DNA from: Eledone cirrhosa
Lineage: Eukaryota
Direction: 5' to 3'
NCBI GenBank assembly: GCA_964016885.1
Contig: OZ024743.1
Location: 203,360,001 to 203,424,000 of the forward strand
DNA length: 64,000 bases
Shown here: one piece after another, positions 1 through 13,997 of the stretch
How positions within the stretch are numbered: the stretch's first letter is position 1
Layout: the number at the start of each line of letters is the position of its first letter
Notes under the pieces: model-generated
What the model saw: the letters and a program-made list of their open reading frames with translations, nothing else
What the model was told of the DNA's origin: nothing
Database searches by the model: none
Made by a program: the position numbers and the translations under genes

Positions 1-87
1 ATGTATATAATATATATATATGGATATATATACATACATATATATATATATAAATATATATACATACACATATAGACATATATATAT

Positions 88-223
88 CTACTGCTTCGGC
101 AGTCTAGGTCTGCAATTCATTCATCCAGTACCTAGCAGACAAATAAGTGCTGCCATAAAATGGGTGGTGCAACCTAACTTTGGTAACTTACTGTACCCGA
201 GCAACGTCGGGCTTTAATGGTAG
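88..223 (+). mobile_element. Short Helitron-like non-autonomous element between (TA)n tracts
   Basis: Begins near ...ATATC|TACT and ends with GC hairpin CCCGAgcaacgTCGGG about 8 nt before GGTAG|T, resembling the Helitron hairpin+CTRR 3' end with one mismatch. Confidence 0.35.
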
Positions 224-265
224 TATATATATCTATGTATATATATATGTATATATGTATGTATA

Positions 266-364
<99 letters not shown>

Positions 365-458
365 GTATATATATATGTATATATATACATGTATATATAT
401 ATGTATATGTATACATATGTATATATAGATATATAGATATATATGTATATATATATAC

Positions 459-528
<70 letters not shown>

Positions 529-785
529 AAATATATACGTATATATATATGTATATATATATATATATATATATACTATATACTATATATATATGTATAT
601 ATCTATATGTGTGTGTGTATATATATATAAATGTGTATATATATATATATATGTGTATGTGTGTGTGTGCGTGCGCGTATTTATATATATATATATATAT
701 ATATATAATACAAAATTTAGTACAGCACCATGGAAGCTCTGGTTGCAGCCAAGCTAACGAATGCAATTTCGGTGTGATTTATGTG

Positions 786-899
<114 letters not shown>

Positions 900-1424
900 A
901 ATAAAGATTCAGCGAGAATCGCATCTCGGCGGGCAGGAAAAGCGAAGCGAAACGCTTGTGTATATAGTATATATATATATATATACACACAAATTTTCAA
1001 AGTACATATTTGTCGCTTTCTTTTACGAAACTGCCGAAAGCAAACAAACAATATTTGTGTTAGTTGAAATGAAAGTAGAACTAAATATAGAAAATGCTAG
1101 AAATAAAAGCTGGCAATGGATTATAAAATCATTAGAGATTGTTTATCTTAATGAAATAATGTTTGTTACACTGTCTATAAATGAAGGATGCTTTAGCACT
1201 GTGGTATGCAAGTGTGTGTCTACATGTATGTGTTTGTGATACGATTGAAATAGAGAAATTGATGTAAGGTGATAAAGAAAGAAATCGTGTGTGTGAGCGA
1301 GAAACATAGAAACAAAGAGTTGTGTGGTAGAAATTGAAATAAGATGAGAGTCTCTGTGTGTATGAGAGACTCCATTTGTGAGAGAGTGTGTGAATGTGAG
1401 AGAGACTGAGAATGTTTGAGAGAT

Positions 1425-1495
<71 letters not shown>

Positions 1496-1514
1496 CTGTG
1501 TGAGAGTGTTTGTG

Positions 1515-2160
1515 GATGTGAGAGAGATTGAGAATGTGTGAGAGTGTATGTGAACGTGTGGGAGAGTGTGTGTGAGAGAGTGCCTGAATGTGAGAGAGAT
1601 TGAGAATGTGTGAGTGAGTGTGTGAACGTGTGGGAGAGTGTGTGTGAGAGAGTGCGTGAATATGAGAGAGTTTGAGAATGTGTGAGAGTGTGTGTGAACG
1701 TGTGTGAGAGTGTGTGTGAGAGAGTGCGTGAATGTGAGAGAGATTGAGAATGTGTGAGAGTGTGTGTGAACGTGTGTGAGAGTGTGTGTGAGAGAGTGCG
1801 TGAATATGAGAGAGATTGAGAATGTGTGAGAGTGTGTGTGAACGTGTGGGAGAGTGTGTGTGAGAGAGTGCGTGAATGTGAGAGAGATTGAGAATGTGTG
1901 AGAGTGTGTGTGAACGTGTGTGAGAGTGTGTGTGAGAGAGTGCGTGAATGTGAGAGAGTTTGAGAATGTGTGAGAGTGTGTGTGAACGTGTGGGAGAGTG
2001 TGTGTGAGAGAGTGCGTGAATGTGGGAGAGATTGAGAATGTGTGACAGTGTGTGTGAACGTGTGAGAGATTGTGTGTGAGAGAGTGCGTGAATGTGAGAG
2101 AGTTTGAGAATGTGTGAGAGTGTGTGTGAACGTGTGAGAGATTGTGTGTGAGAGAGATTG
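1515..2160. repeat. 72-bp minisatellite (~9 copies) built from GA/GT motifs
   Basis: Unit GAATGTGAGAGAGATTGAGAATGTGTGAGAGTGTGTGTGAACGTGTGGGAGAGTGTGTGTGAGAGAGTGCGT repeated in tandem; gives the 24-aa periodicity in the 516-aa pseudo-ORF; flanked by (GA)n runs. Confidence 0.9.
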
Positions 2161-2177
2161 AGTACGTGAGAGACAGC

Positions 2178-2223
<46 letters not shown>

Positions 2224-2487
2224 CTGTGTGGGAGACTGTGTGTGAGAGAGTGTGTGTGTGAGAGAGAACGTGTGTGTGAGAGTGTGTGTGAGAGAGAATT
2301 TGTGTGGGAGACTGTATGTGAGAGAGAGTGTGTGTGAGAGAGACCGATAAATTGAACTAAAGCAAGACAGACAGTAATAGAGTATGTATGCGTGTGGACG
2401 TGTGTGAGTAAATTGGTGTTAGATGATATAGAAAGAAATACTGTGTGTCTTGGTGTTAGAAAGAGAAAGACAGGTAGAGTGTATGTA

Positions 2488-2542
<55 letters not shown>

Positions 2543-2890
2543 AATGAGAGAGCCTATACGTGTGTGAGAGTGAGGTAGAGAAATTTAGAATATAATGAGT
2601 GGTAGTGAGAATGTGTGAAAGGGGGTGCATGAATGAGATAATATATGTGTTTGTGAAGGAGGGAGGAACAGAGAGAGAGAGAGAGAGAGACATACAGAAT
2701 TTGTGTGTTTGGATAAAAGAATTTGGTGAAATACGATACTGTGTGTTCTGAGAATATATCCAATAATAATTATGATATCAACACCACCATTATCATTGAC
2801 GTATTTATCACCATCATCGCCATCTTTATTAACATTGTCATTCTCATCATCAACATCACCATATTCATTATCATTATCATAGTTATCAAG

Positions 2891-3066
2891 GGCGGTGGAT
2901 TGGCAGTATCGGTAGAGACTCGGACGCCATGCTTTGCAGCAAAGAGTTACGGCCCTTTATGGTCTGAGTTCAAATCCCGCCTTTCATCCTTACGGGGTCG
3001 ATAAAATAATGTACCAGTAATACACTGGGATAATTGATGGCCTTGTGCCAAAAGTAGAAACAATTA
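2891..3066 (+). mobile_element. tRNA-derived SINE, family A
   Basis: A-box-like TGGCAGTATCGG, B-box GAGTTCAAATCC, body GCCTTTCATCCTTACGGGGTCGATAAAATA (MetaSINE-like central domain), 3' GGCCTTGTGCCAAAAGTAGAAAC; several copies in the window. Confidence 0.85.
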
Positions 3067-3462
3067 TCATAGTTATCATAATCATCATTATCATCATTAT
3101 CGTTATCATAGTTATTATCATCATTATCATCATCATCATTATCAGTAGTAATAATTATTTTACTAATATCAAAATTCTAAAGACAATTCTAATAAAATAG
3201 TCATATGATATACCATATCTGTCATACTAAAATATATTGCCTTTTTAATATTAGGATATATTATTTCTAACATAGGAACAGCTATAACCTAAGCAACATT
3301 ATAGTCATTTTTGTATTGCTCTGTCCATAATTAATACATGGTTGGTATTTAATTATAGAAATTTTGGTTGGAAATTGGGTGGTTTTGCCACAATACTATG
3401 TGTACTAGTATCTTTACAAAGCTAATGTGAACCATCATGATACAACGTGGTATATTGTAACC

Positions 3463-3790
3463 CTAACTAAAAGCGAATGGTTAATATTCATTGGAGTTCG
3501 GCTCACATTCGTAAGGTCGTGAGTTCTATTCGCGGTCGTGCATTGTGTTGTTGGGTAAAATCCTTTATATTACATTGCTCCAAACATATGCTCTTGTATA
3601 TATGAGTTATACCGGTGATTCTAAGGTCCAGTCTTGTAATACACACTATCACGCTGAATCTCACGTCGAATTACGTTAACTATACACGTGTCTATGGAAT
3701 GTTCAGCTACTTGCCCGTTAATGTCATAAGGTGGCTCTTGTGCTGATAAAAGAAACTGGAACAATCACTGTTGGAACTGATGAAGGCCTA
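3463..3790 (+). mobile_element. Diverged SINE-like repeat, family B
   Basis: AAGGTCGTGAGTTCTATTC B-box-like motif followed by TTGTGTTG..AAAAT..CATTGCTCC; a related degenerate copy lies at ~61035-61125. Confidence 0.45.
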
Positions 3791-4051
3791 TCACACAACA
3801 TATTGCAATAGAAAATACTCTACACAAACGACATATTTTGTACCAAAAGTACTATTATAATATCATCTTCACAGCATAATGTCTCTCACTCTGTGTGGAC
3901 GGGTTTACTCTTTACACCACCCATAACACTCCCATAGCGTTATTTGTACCACATTATATTACACGCTTAATCTAGAACACTACTATAGCGGCATTCTAAT
4001 ATTATATTTCCCACTTTATTCAGACATACCTGCAACACTGTACAGTATTAT

Positions 4052-4222
4052 TAGAGGGTCGGACGCCATGCTTTGCAGCATGGAGGTACGGGCCTTTACG
4101 ATCTGAGTTTAAATCCCACCGATGTTAACTTTGGCTTTCATCCTTACGGTGTCGATAAAATAAAGTACCAGTAATGCACTGGAATAATTGCTGGCCTTGT
4201 GCCAAAAGTAAATAAAAATTAT
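4052..4222 (+). mobile_element. tRNA-derived SINE, family A
   Basis: Near-identical to the 2891 and 12790 copies (GGACGCCATGCTTTGCAGCA...GATAAAATAAAGTACCAG...GGCCTTGTGCCAAAAG). Confidence 0.85.
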
Positions 4223-5705
4223 TATAGCTTCAATTACAACAACACATAGCACTACTATAGCAACATTCACGCCCCATTATAGCTCCGGCTTAGTCCAAAC
4301 ACATCTGCAATACCCAAGAATACAACTACAGACACATGTCCAAAAAGCATATCCATCACACAGAAACCAAGGACCACTACAATATTCTGAAACGTTAGTA
4401 CACCATCATCCTAGTGACACTATCCCGCTCAGACACATCTACAGAACCATAGCAAACGAATTCAACTCCCTTATAACATTACTATAACACTATTTTGCTA
4501 CCTCTGACCCTCACAAATAATCTATGTCTATGCACATCTACACTACACCAGAACAGAATGGTAATACAATTCTAACAATGATATATACCCCGATTCGTCC
4601 TAAAACACCAATCAATATCAGGGTAATATTAGTAATGGTGGTTTTGATAATGCTAATGAAAGAATTCCGAAAGAGATGTATAGTAAATTAAATAAAGGAT
4701 AAGTTAATCGAACATAAAGCTTGTGTCTGTCGAGTTATATTTATGTCTGAGAAATTGATGTTATGTCTTAACCAACTGATTTAACAATATAAAAAAACAA
4801 CGACTACTGAACAATGTCTCAAGAGCTTGTTCGTCATTGCCTTGCAGATATATATTTATAAACATGAAATTGTCGAATGTAGAGTAATAATGAAACACTG
4901 ACGTTGAGATATGTCAGATACTAATTAGTTTTCTATGAAAGACCTTTGGTTGATTCGACCGCCTTTTTCAATGATGTTGTTTGTCCCTTGTTTAGCATTG
5001 CCAGCCATTTTCCAATGGATCTGACGATCAGTTTGAAAAAGGTTCTAACCTGCTATTGACGACGATGGCAGCCATATTAATAGAGTTGGCAACCATTTCA
5101 ATTATATTGGCAGATAATAACAAAACTTTACATTCATCATCAAACTAAAAAATAAAAAGAGTATCAGAAATAAATAAATAGAAAGAGTAATGTAAAAACT
5201 GGTGGGAGTGGATCGCTATAGTCTAAAGAATATCAAGACTATAAAATTTTGAATTGCCATGTTTAACATACAATAGTTTGATTGATTTATGCTTTCCGAT
5301 GGTTCAGTGAGAAATCTGCAAACATTTCTTAAGAATTATATTCAATCCAGATAGGAATACTGAATCATGCAGAGAACTCATTGGTTGAAAATGTGTGCTA
5401 GACCGACTAAAGTGGCTTTAAAATTGTAAACATAATTTCATGTTGAAAAATTACATTTGTCAGAATGAAACGAGCCGTATTTAAAAAAATTAATCGATAC
5501 AATTATTTGATCGTTTATGCACAATGCTAACCTCCGTTGTAGACGAGAAGTATTGGCCTGTATGAAAGATAAGTAAAGCGATCATATATCTCATGCACAA
5601 ATAGACCCTAGATAATTGCCAATGTCACAATATTGTCTCCTTACGTGTATATGTATGTATGTGTATATATATGTATGGATGGATGTATGGATGTATATTT
5701 GTGTG

Positions 5706-5774
<69 letters not shown>

Positions 5775-5887
5775 TTATTTATTTATATACATATCTATAT
5801 ATTCATATATATTTATATATTCATATATAGTTATATATTCATATACATATATATATATATATTCATATACATATATATATATTCATA

Positions 5888-7898
5888 TGGCCGAACGCCA
5901 CCGGCTCCGGACGCCCCAGACCCGTTTCTCGCCCTGGGCCGACGACCATCTTCTTGGACGCCGGCCCCAGGGCAATTTAGCACCCTGGACGCCTTCGTCG
6001 ATGCCAGCCGTAGCGCAGTAAATCGTTTCGGCTTCCGCCACCGTTCCAAACGGTACAATATCTCACGGAGCGAACTCCTCGTTCTCTGCTCCCTCCGTAG
6101 CCGAGATGAAATCGTCATCAAACCGGCGGACAAGGGAAGCGCCGTGATGGTGTGGCGCGCGGACCTCTACACGGCCGAAGCCCTCAGGCAGCTCTGTAAC
6201 CCCTCTTCTACCGCCCTCTACACTCCGATCCCACCCCCCTCTACCAACAACAAGTCTCCTCCACCATCAAAGACCTTATCCCCTCCTCCCTCCTCCCCCC
6301 ACCGCTTCCCACCTCATCGTCCACACACCCCGCACCCCCACCATCTACTTCCTCCCCAAACTCCACAAACCCGACAACCCCGGCCGCCCCATCGTCTCCG
6401 CTTGCAACTGCCCCACCGAACTCATCTCCGCCTTTCTCGACTCCATCCTCGCCCCCTTGTCACCACCCTCCCCTCTCACATCTCCGACACCAACCACCAC
6501 TGCGCCTTTTCGACTCCTTCACCTACCCACTCGGCCCACAGCCTAGACATCAAGTCCCTCTATACCGTCATCCCCCACGCCGACGGCCTACGCGCCCTCA
6601 AACACTACCTCGACCTTCGTGCCTCCCCCATTCCCTCCACCCCCACCCTCCTTCGCCTCGCCGAGCTGGTCCTCACCCTAAATTGTTTCTCCTTCTCGGG
6701 TGAGTTTTACCAACAGGTCACGGGGGTAGCCATGGGTACAAGAATGGGCCCGAACTATGCCAACCTTTTTGTTGGCTCTGTTGAGGCCCAAATCTTTGCC
6801 CAGTACACCGGCCCCACGCCCGAACTGTACGGTCGTTACATTGACGACTGTATCGGAGCCACGACCCTCACCCGAGAACAGCGCGACTCCTTTGTCTCCT
6901 TCTTCTGCTCCTTCCACCCCTCCCTCCACTTCACCACCTCAATCTCCACCACCCATGTCCACTTCTTAGACATCTCCGTCGCCTTCGACCCCTTCCACCA
7001 CTCCCTCGTCACCTCCGCCTTCTTCAAACCCACCGACTCCCACTCTTACCTCGACTTCACCTCTTCCCACCCCACCCACACTAAACACTCCATTCCCTAC
7101 TCCCAACTTCTCAGGATCCGCCGCCTCTGTAGCCGAGATGCTGACTTCGAGTCCCAGGCCCTTTTCCTAGTCAGCCATTTCATCCGCAGAGGTTACGCCC
7201 CCTCTCTCGTCCACACCGCTCTCACCCGCGCCCGTGCTGTCCACCGCTCCACCACTCTCACCCCACGCCACCGCACACCCACCCACCGTCTCCCCTTCCC
7301 CATCACCTACCACCCCTCCACCTTACCCCTCCACCGCACCCCTCCACCGCACCATCCGCCACCTCTTCCGACGCCTCCAGTCCGACCCCTCCACCTCCCA
7401 CATCTTCCCAACTCCACCACTCCTCTCCTTCAAACGCGCACGCAATCTCCGCACCCTCCTCTTCCACAGCTCCCTATCCCTCAACCCACATTTTGTTCCC
7501 CCCCCCCGGTTCCTTTCCCTGTTCTAGGCTCCGCTGCAACACCTGTTCCCACATCACCAACACCACCACCTTCCAGGGTCCCAACGGCCACTCTCTCTCG
7601 GTCCGCATGCCTTCCGCTGCACCTCCTCCAACCTAGTCTACGGATTTATGTCGGACAGACGGGACGTCGCCTGGCGGACCGATTCACTGAGCACCTCCGG
7701 GATATTCGTCTCGGTGGTAGTTCCCCCATCGCCCGCCACTTTGGTGGCCCTGGACATTCCGCACGCCATCTCACCGTCTGTGGCCTACTCCAATGCCACG
7801 GAACACCCGCCAATCGCCTTAGAGTCGAACAAAGAACTATCTTCATCTTCCAGACCCACACTCCCCCGGGCCTGAACTCCCCACCCTCATTCCTTTAG
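5888..7898 (+). pseudogene. PLE reverse transcriptase / GIY-YIG endonuclease, frameshifted
   Basis: Part of the 760-aa ORF. Its N-terminus is microsatellite, and internal segments (~6200-6450, ~7330-7640) are out of frame; for example [15 protein letters not shown] is read in another frame. Confidence 0.85.
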
Positions 7899-9394
7899 CC
7901 TTCGACCGCCCCCTCCCCCCACACTTATCCCCCACTAACACCACTAACACACCCCTCCTTTTCACCGCCCACCCCACAACTAACAATACTAACACCTCCA
8001 CTCCACCCCTCATCTGACCACCCTTCCCCAACTAACATACTAACATCCCTCCCTTCTTTTCCTCCTCCCCCCTCCTTATCACACGCACACACCCACCGGC
8101 ACATATATACACGCCTCACACTAAACACACACCCTACTACCACCACTAACCCTCACCCCCACACCTCCATCCCACCACCCCGCAACTAACCTCACTAACA
8201 CCCCCTGACCCCAAGCACACGAACATACGCACCCACTTACACCACCCACCCCACACGCAACTAACATCACTAACACCCCCCAACCCCACGCACACGTACC
8301 CACACACCCTCGTACACCACCAACTCTACACCCTACCAACACTAACCCCCACTCACACCTGCATTCAACCCTTCCCCGCCTCCCGTATACTAACACCCAC
8401 TAACACCCCTTCATCAAACTACACACACACCAGTACACCACACTCCCTCCATAGAACTACACACACCCTTCTCTCCCCGCTCCACCCACACCCTCGCTCC
8501 ACACTCACTCATCCCACTAACACCTCTACTAATACACACACACCCTCCTCACTCCAACTTTCACACCTACCCTTCCTCGCCCCTTTACCATTCCACCGAC
8601 TGCTGCTATGCCCTCTGACCACCTCCCAGCACAAACAGACACACAACACTCCCACTGCTTGACCACTTCCTGTTGCGCACGCACCCCACATCTCTCCTCT
8701 TCCGACCATCTCTTCATGGAATACTCGTATGCGGAACTTGACCACCACAGAATCCACTAAACATCATAGGATTTTACCAACTTTTCAACCATCCTCTTAC
8801 GGAACCACCTATATAACTCACCCACACACACACCCCTAAAAAAAAAATGTTTTTCTCCACACGCCACCTACACCCACAACACGCTTAAACCCCACACACA
8901 CGTGCTTTCCACCACATATTTACACGCTCAGCCTCCTGATTCCTCTCCCCCCCACCCCTCTATCCACACACGCACAGACACTCCAACCTACAACCCCCCC
9001 CCCCCCGACACACACACACACTTCTTCCTGAACATGCAACCCCGTTCTTCCCCCAACCCTTACTTTCACATCCACACACACACACACACACACAGACGTA
9101 CACCTACACACACACACCACCTTCATCCCTCCCCGCTCGGACACCCCGTCTCCCTCTCCCCACTCCACCCGCCACCACCCCTAGACACCCCACACCCTTC
9201 CACCACCTGTTTTACCCCCCTTTTGATTTCAGTTTATTTTGATCATGCTTTTATATTTAATTTTATTTCATTCCTTGTATTTTGATCATGCTTTATTTTT
9301 ATTTTTATTTTTAATTTCATTCGCACCGTTTCCTTTCGCTATATGTCTCTCCACCACTCCCCTACACACCCTTTGAACTCTGTTCCCACACACT

Positions 9395-9432
9395 TCTCAC
9401 CTGAGGAAGGGCTTATGCCCGAAACGTCGTTC
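9395..9432 (+). ncRNA. Hammerhead-like motif in PLE pLTR (degenerate second copy at 9653-9684)
   Basis: CTGAGGA-aGGGCttatGCCC-GAAA-CGTCG-TT. Core, stem II and stem III are present but no good stem I; the second copy has GAAA>GTAA. Confidence 0.55.
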
Positions 9433-9785
9433 CCCACCACCACCCCATTCTCCAGAGCGTGAAATTAATAAACATTCGTTGTACTGCCTCTCTGTTTTGT
9501 TCCTGTTCAAATTTTTCCATTCTATTATATATATATATATATATGCTTTTATATTTATTTTCATTTGTACCGTTTCCTCTTACCCCCTTTTTTCTAAATG
9601 TCTCTCCCCCCCCCTACACACCCTTGGAACTCTCTTCCCACACACTTTTCGCCTGAAGAAGGGCTTATGCCCGTAACGTCGTTCCCCACCACCACCCCAC
9701 TCTCAAGAGCGTGAAACTAATAAACCTTTGTTCGTACTGCCTCTCTGCTTTGTTCCCGTTCAATTTTTCACTATATATATATATA

Positions 9786-10200
9786 TTTGGTTGAGAGGGG
9801 GAACTGACTAAGCGAATTTCGTTGAAATCTGCGGTAGCTAATGATCAACTTCCTTCGGACCTGCGCCTGCGCAGACCGGTGGGGATGAATTGGTACTGAC
9901 AGGGGAACGGATGAAGACCCCAAAAGCACACACTTCGTCCGTTCTCATGTCGATTCAATTTGGATTGCTTCGGAAACATAACCTTATTATGTAACAAGCT
10001 GTCTGACGATGTCGCGACACTGGCACACAGAACAGTGTGGCCACTGTCGCCATTGAAATATATATCACAGCATTATTATTAAAAGACTTGAACATCTGAA
10101 ACTACTTCGCTTTCCCTTATTCGATATTTACTCCGTCACTCCTATGTGGAATAAGTACGTTGAGTGCTTGAATTGAATTGCATCAATGTTTACCCTAAGT
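9786..10200 (+). mobile_element. Non-coding pLTR-like repeat with hammerhead (same family as 54958-55344)
   Basis: ~410 bp highly similar to 54958-55344, both ending ...ATGTTTACCCTAAG|TATATA; flanked by (TA)n. Confidence 0.85.
9998..10071 (+). ncRNA. Type I hammerhead ribozyme
   Basis: Stem I GCTGT/ACAGC; core CTGACGA; stem II GCGACA..CACAC/GTGTG..TGTCGC; GAAA; palindromic stem III A-TATATA-T; cleavage triplet AUC. Confidence 0.85.
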
Positions 10201-10318
10201 ATATATATATATATATATATATATGAAAGTGGGTGTTTTGAATACCACTGTGTCCAAAACTTTCAAACGTTAACTGAATGAGCATTTAATACGAGTATAA
10301 ATGTATATCGAGAGTCAT

Positions 10319-10413
<95 letters not shown>

Positions 10414-11374
10414 TGAGTGCGTGTATGTGTGTGTGTACGTGTGTGTGAATGTGAATGTGAGTGTGTGTGTGTGTGTGAGTGTGTGTGTGTAAGCACTTAA
10501 CAAAAGAAGACGAAGGACGCCACTTGCATCACGGATGATATTGCAATATTTGCAACAAATACAAAACTTGGACGTCGAAACAGACGTACACAGTTTCGAC
10601 AACTATCGAGGTTACTGCTGGGTCAACCGGGGCTTACAGAGTCAAACAAAATAATCAATCACTTTTCTTGGTGTATTAAGACGAAAACAAAATAAAACAA
10701 AACTTATGTTTATAGAATTAAATATTGTACACTATACATCGAATAGGGCCTTTGAGACCTGAACACGAAGTCACACACAGATGGTGGTAGACACCAAGAT
10801 GAAAGAACGCACCAATAGTAACGTGATAAGAAAGGAAATGTGTCACGTTAAAATCAGCAGCTGAAAAATGAGGAAGGGAACTGCATGTGTCACAAGTGAT
10901 ATTGGAATATTGGCATTAATTACAAAATCCATAATCATTGGTTGTTTGAAGTTGAATTTAAATTATTTCATGTTTATGAGCTTCAGGATTTGTTGATTAG
11001 GCATGAAATATTTGTTGGGTGAATTTGCTAGTGGTGGACGTTACTTTATTTCGTCAATCGTTGTCTTTTTGTGACTTAGTAATTGTATATCTTTGATGGA
11101 TGGAGGTTGGGCTGTGACAGTATTTATATTATCTTGTTGTTAGGTGAGGTTGTAAGAGAATGCATATATATATATTCAGGAAAGACCCTTGCTTTAGGTT
11201 ACTTGACTACGAATATACCTCTAAGGAAATATGCTTGTGAAGTATTCTTTTAGATTACTTTACTGTGATCCGCCCCTCAGTGATTCTGTATCAGATGTTA
11301 TGTGTGTATGCATCTCTTATTGAGATTAATTTAGCGATCTCTTTTCATTGGGATGTTATGTATATTTGTGACAA

Positions 11375-11414
<40 letters not shown>

Positions 11415-11417
<3 letters not shown>

Positions 11418-11828
11418 AACAAAAGATGGTTAAAAGAGTTCCATGTATTTTATTATGCGCATTTCAAAAACAAATATCATCATGCAATAATATTTGTGTT
11501 TTCATCAGATAAAACATGAAGACATGATATGAAGGTTAAAAAACACTTGTGGATAGTTCAGTTTTAAATCAACATATCTTGATTTAAAACTGAACTATCC
11601 ACAAGTGTTTTTTAATCTTCATATCATGTCTTCATGTTTTATCTGATGAAAACACAAATATTATTGCATGATGATATTTGTTTTTGAAATGCGCATAATA
11701 AAATACATGGAACTCTTTTAACCATCTTTTGTTCTTATATATTATGTATACTCCAGTCCTACAAACTGTAGAGTGCTTATTATCCGATATCTGCATTGCT
11801 TTATTGTACTACAATAAAACTCACCTCC

Positions 11829-11830
<2 letters not shown>
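11415..11830. mobile_element. Fold-back element: ~158-bp near-perfect arms (11415-11572 / 11579-11736) plus ~90-bp tail
   Basis: Right arm is the reverse complement of the left arm around a 6-nt loop CATATC; flanked by (TA)n; the tail contains AATAAA. Confidence 0.9.
11633..11709 (+). ncRNA. Type I hammerhead ribozyme (mirror copy on minus strand in left arm)
   Basis: Stem I TTTTAT/ATAAAA (extends to CATG/CATG); CTGATGA at 11643; stem II AAACACAAATAT/ATATTTGTTTTT; GAAA; palindromic TGCGCA; cleavage triplet AUA. Confidence 0.85.
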
Positions 11831-11892
<62 letters not shown>

Positions 11893-12136
11893 AGCTCCTA
11901 CATAAATTGGTATAATTTCACCCAAATTGTAGGAATCCTATAATGAAACGAGACGTCCGTCTGGGAAGAGATATATTAGATATGTCTCATATGAAATAAT
12001 ACAGCCAATTTTCCACGCAATACTTTTAGTTAGCACCCTGAACGCATAACTGGGAATATAATTATTTATTTCCTAATGTTTGTTGAGTGAGTTGGAATTT
12101 GGCCGGAGTATCGCTAAAAAGCTTTCTCCGATATTG

Positions 12137-12230
<94 letters not shown>

Positions 12231-12789
12231 ATCATCATGCAATAGTTTTAACGTAAAAAGCAGGTTTTGCTAACATCAATTTTTCATACATGTTATAAAG
12301 ATCCTTTTTATATATATACCAAGTGCGCTTTTCAAATCCTTTTTTTAATTATCATTTTCCTAGTACCATGCCTCTAATAATTTGTGGAGTATGATTCGTG
12401 TGGAAAGGTTGGTGGCATGAAGCTTTATCTCTTGTTAAGATTAGTTCTCCGATGCCCCGGGGAAACGCCTTCTCCATTATGTCCGCCGGGGCTGTCGGGA
12501 GGCCAGCCCGTGGGATCCCATTTGCTCACCATACGGAGAGATGGGGAGGGCGAGAGAGATGGAGGCGGTGACAGTGGGAGTTCGGCTCTTCCACGTTCGG
12601 ACGATATCCTTGTGATTGTATTCATTAAACAGTTAGTCAGTCTGTTTATGTATTCTATGTATGTATTTAGTAGTGTGTTGTGTTTTTATTTGATACTGCT
12701 CAATACATTCCATACACGCAAGATTGTTCACATTCGTGTATTGAGGGAAGAGTAAAATGTTATTTGCTTTCTTTCAAATGTATTATTTG

Positions 12790-12980
12790 TTGGCTGGATT
12801 GGCAGTATCGGTAGAGGGTCGGACGCCATGCTTTGAAGCATAGAGTTACCTCCCTTTATGATCTAAGTTCAAATCCCGCCGAGGTTAACTTTGCCTTTCA
12901 TCCTTACGGGGTCGATAAAATAAAGTTCCTGTAATGCACTGGGATATTTGCTGGCCTTGTGCCAAAAGTAGAAACAATTA
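12790..12980 (+). mobile_element. tRNA-derived SINE, family A (near full length)
   Basis: GGATTGGCAGTATCGGTAGAG...AAGTTCAAATCCCGCCGAGGTTAACTTTGCCTTTCATCC...GTAGAAACAATT. Confidence 0.88.
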
Positions 12981-13354
12981 TTTGTTGTGAGGGGTATAAT
13001 ATACTGTCTGTATTAATTATTTCTATTGTTATTTTATCTACGCTGATTAGTTTGTTAGTATCGGGATGATATAAAATTAAAAGGGTTAGTTTTAGACAAT
13101 TAATTAATTGAGCTAAACGTTCTGTTTGTGTAGCAAAGACATTTTATTCCCTGTAGATAATGTTGGTTGGTTTGGGTTTATTGTATTATTTCACTTACAC
13201 AAACAACTGCACGCACATACATACACACACACGCACACACACACACACACACACACATACATATCAAGCGTGAACCTAATATAACTGTCTAATTTCGCCT
13301 CCTGTGTTTTGTTTTGTATATTTTACTAACTATGTGTGTGTGTGTTTACGTGTG

Positions 13355-13429
<75 letters not shown>

Positions 13430-13844
13430 TTGTGTGTGTACATGTCTGGATGCTGAACTAAAATTTCACATTCGGGTTAACCATTCTATTTTGTTTTTGG
13501 CTGTTCAGTCTGTATCCTAACGTGTATTTATACTTAAAGATACTCTGCTTTTGTATCTAATATTTTTATTAAGGGCACAAAGTTCAACTCTGATGTTGTA
13601 CCATCACTCTATTTATATTGAATGCGCAAATAAATACAATAACATGAGTAGATTTATCATCTTTTTTATTATTCATTATGTATAAAATGCATTTCAGGTC
13701 TAACAACCTTATGTATTTATATATAGTTTTATACATAAAAATAAATATATCCTATACCAAGTTAGACAACAGCTATCTATGAATGTGATTCTAGAAAATA
13801 ATTTACTGTTTATTAGAAAAAGGAGATAGGATTGTTCAGTTAAG

Positions 13845-13997
<153 letters not shown>

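Larger units (their letters stand above)
5888..9772 (+). mobile_element. 5'-truncated Penelope-like element (Neptune-type) with long C-rich 3' region and tandem pLTR copies
   Basis: Starts and ends at (TA)n. RT motifs [35 protein letters not shown]; zinc knuckle CSRLRCNTC in a shifted frame at ~7520; GIY-YIG half [16 protein letters not shown]; ~250-bp direct repeat at 9340-9770. Confidence 0.9.

Noticed and set aside
1515-2160. CRISPR-like periodicity
   Set aside because: No unique spacers, no cas genes, and the context is eukaryotic.
1143-2693. 516-aa His/Ser/Leu/Thr repeat ORF
   Set aside because: By-product of the 72-bp minisatellite and GA/GT repeats; no domain or splice evidence.
2891-2985. 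tRNA gene
   Set aside because: The A/B-box-like motifs belong to a multi-copy SINE head; no cloverleaf could be folded.
5020-5050. CTGACGA-tcagttt-GAAA motif
   Set aside because: No supporting stems; likely a chance match. The CTGATGA hits at ~3776 and ~52351 were rejected for the same reason.
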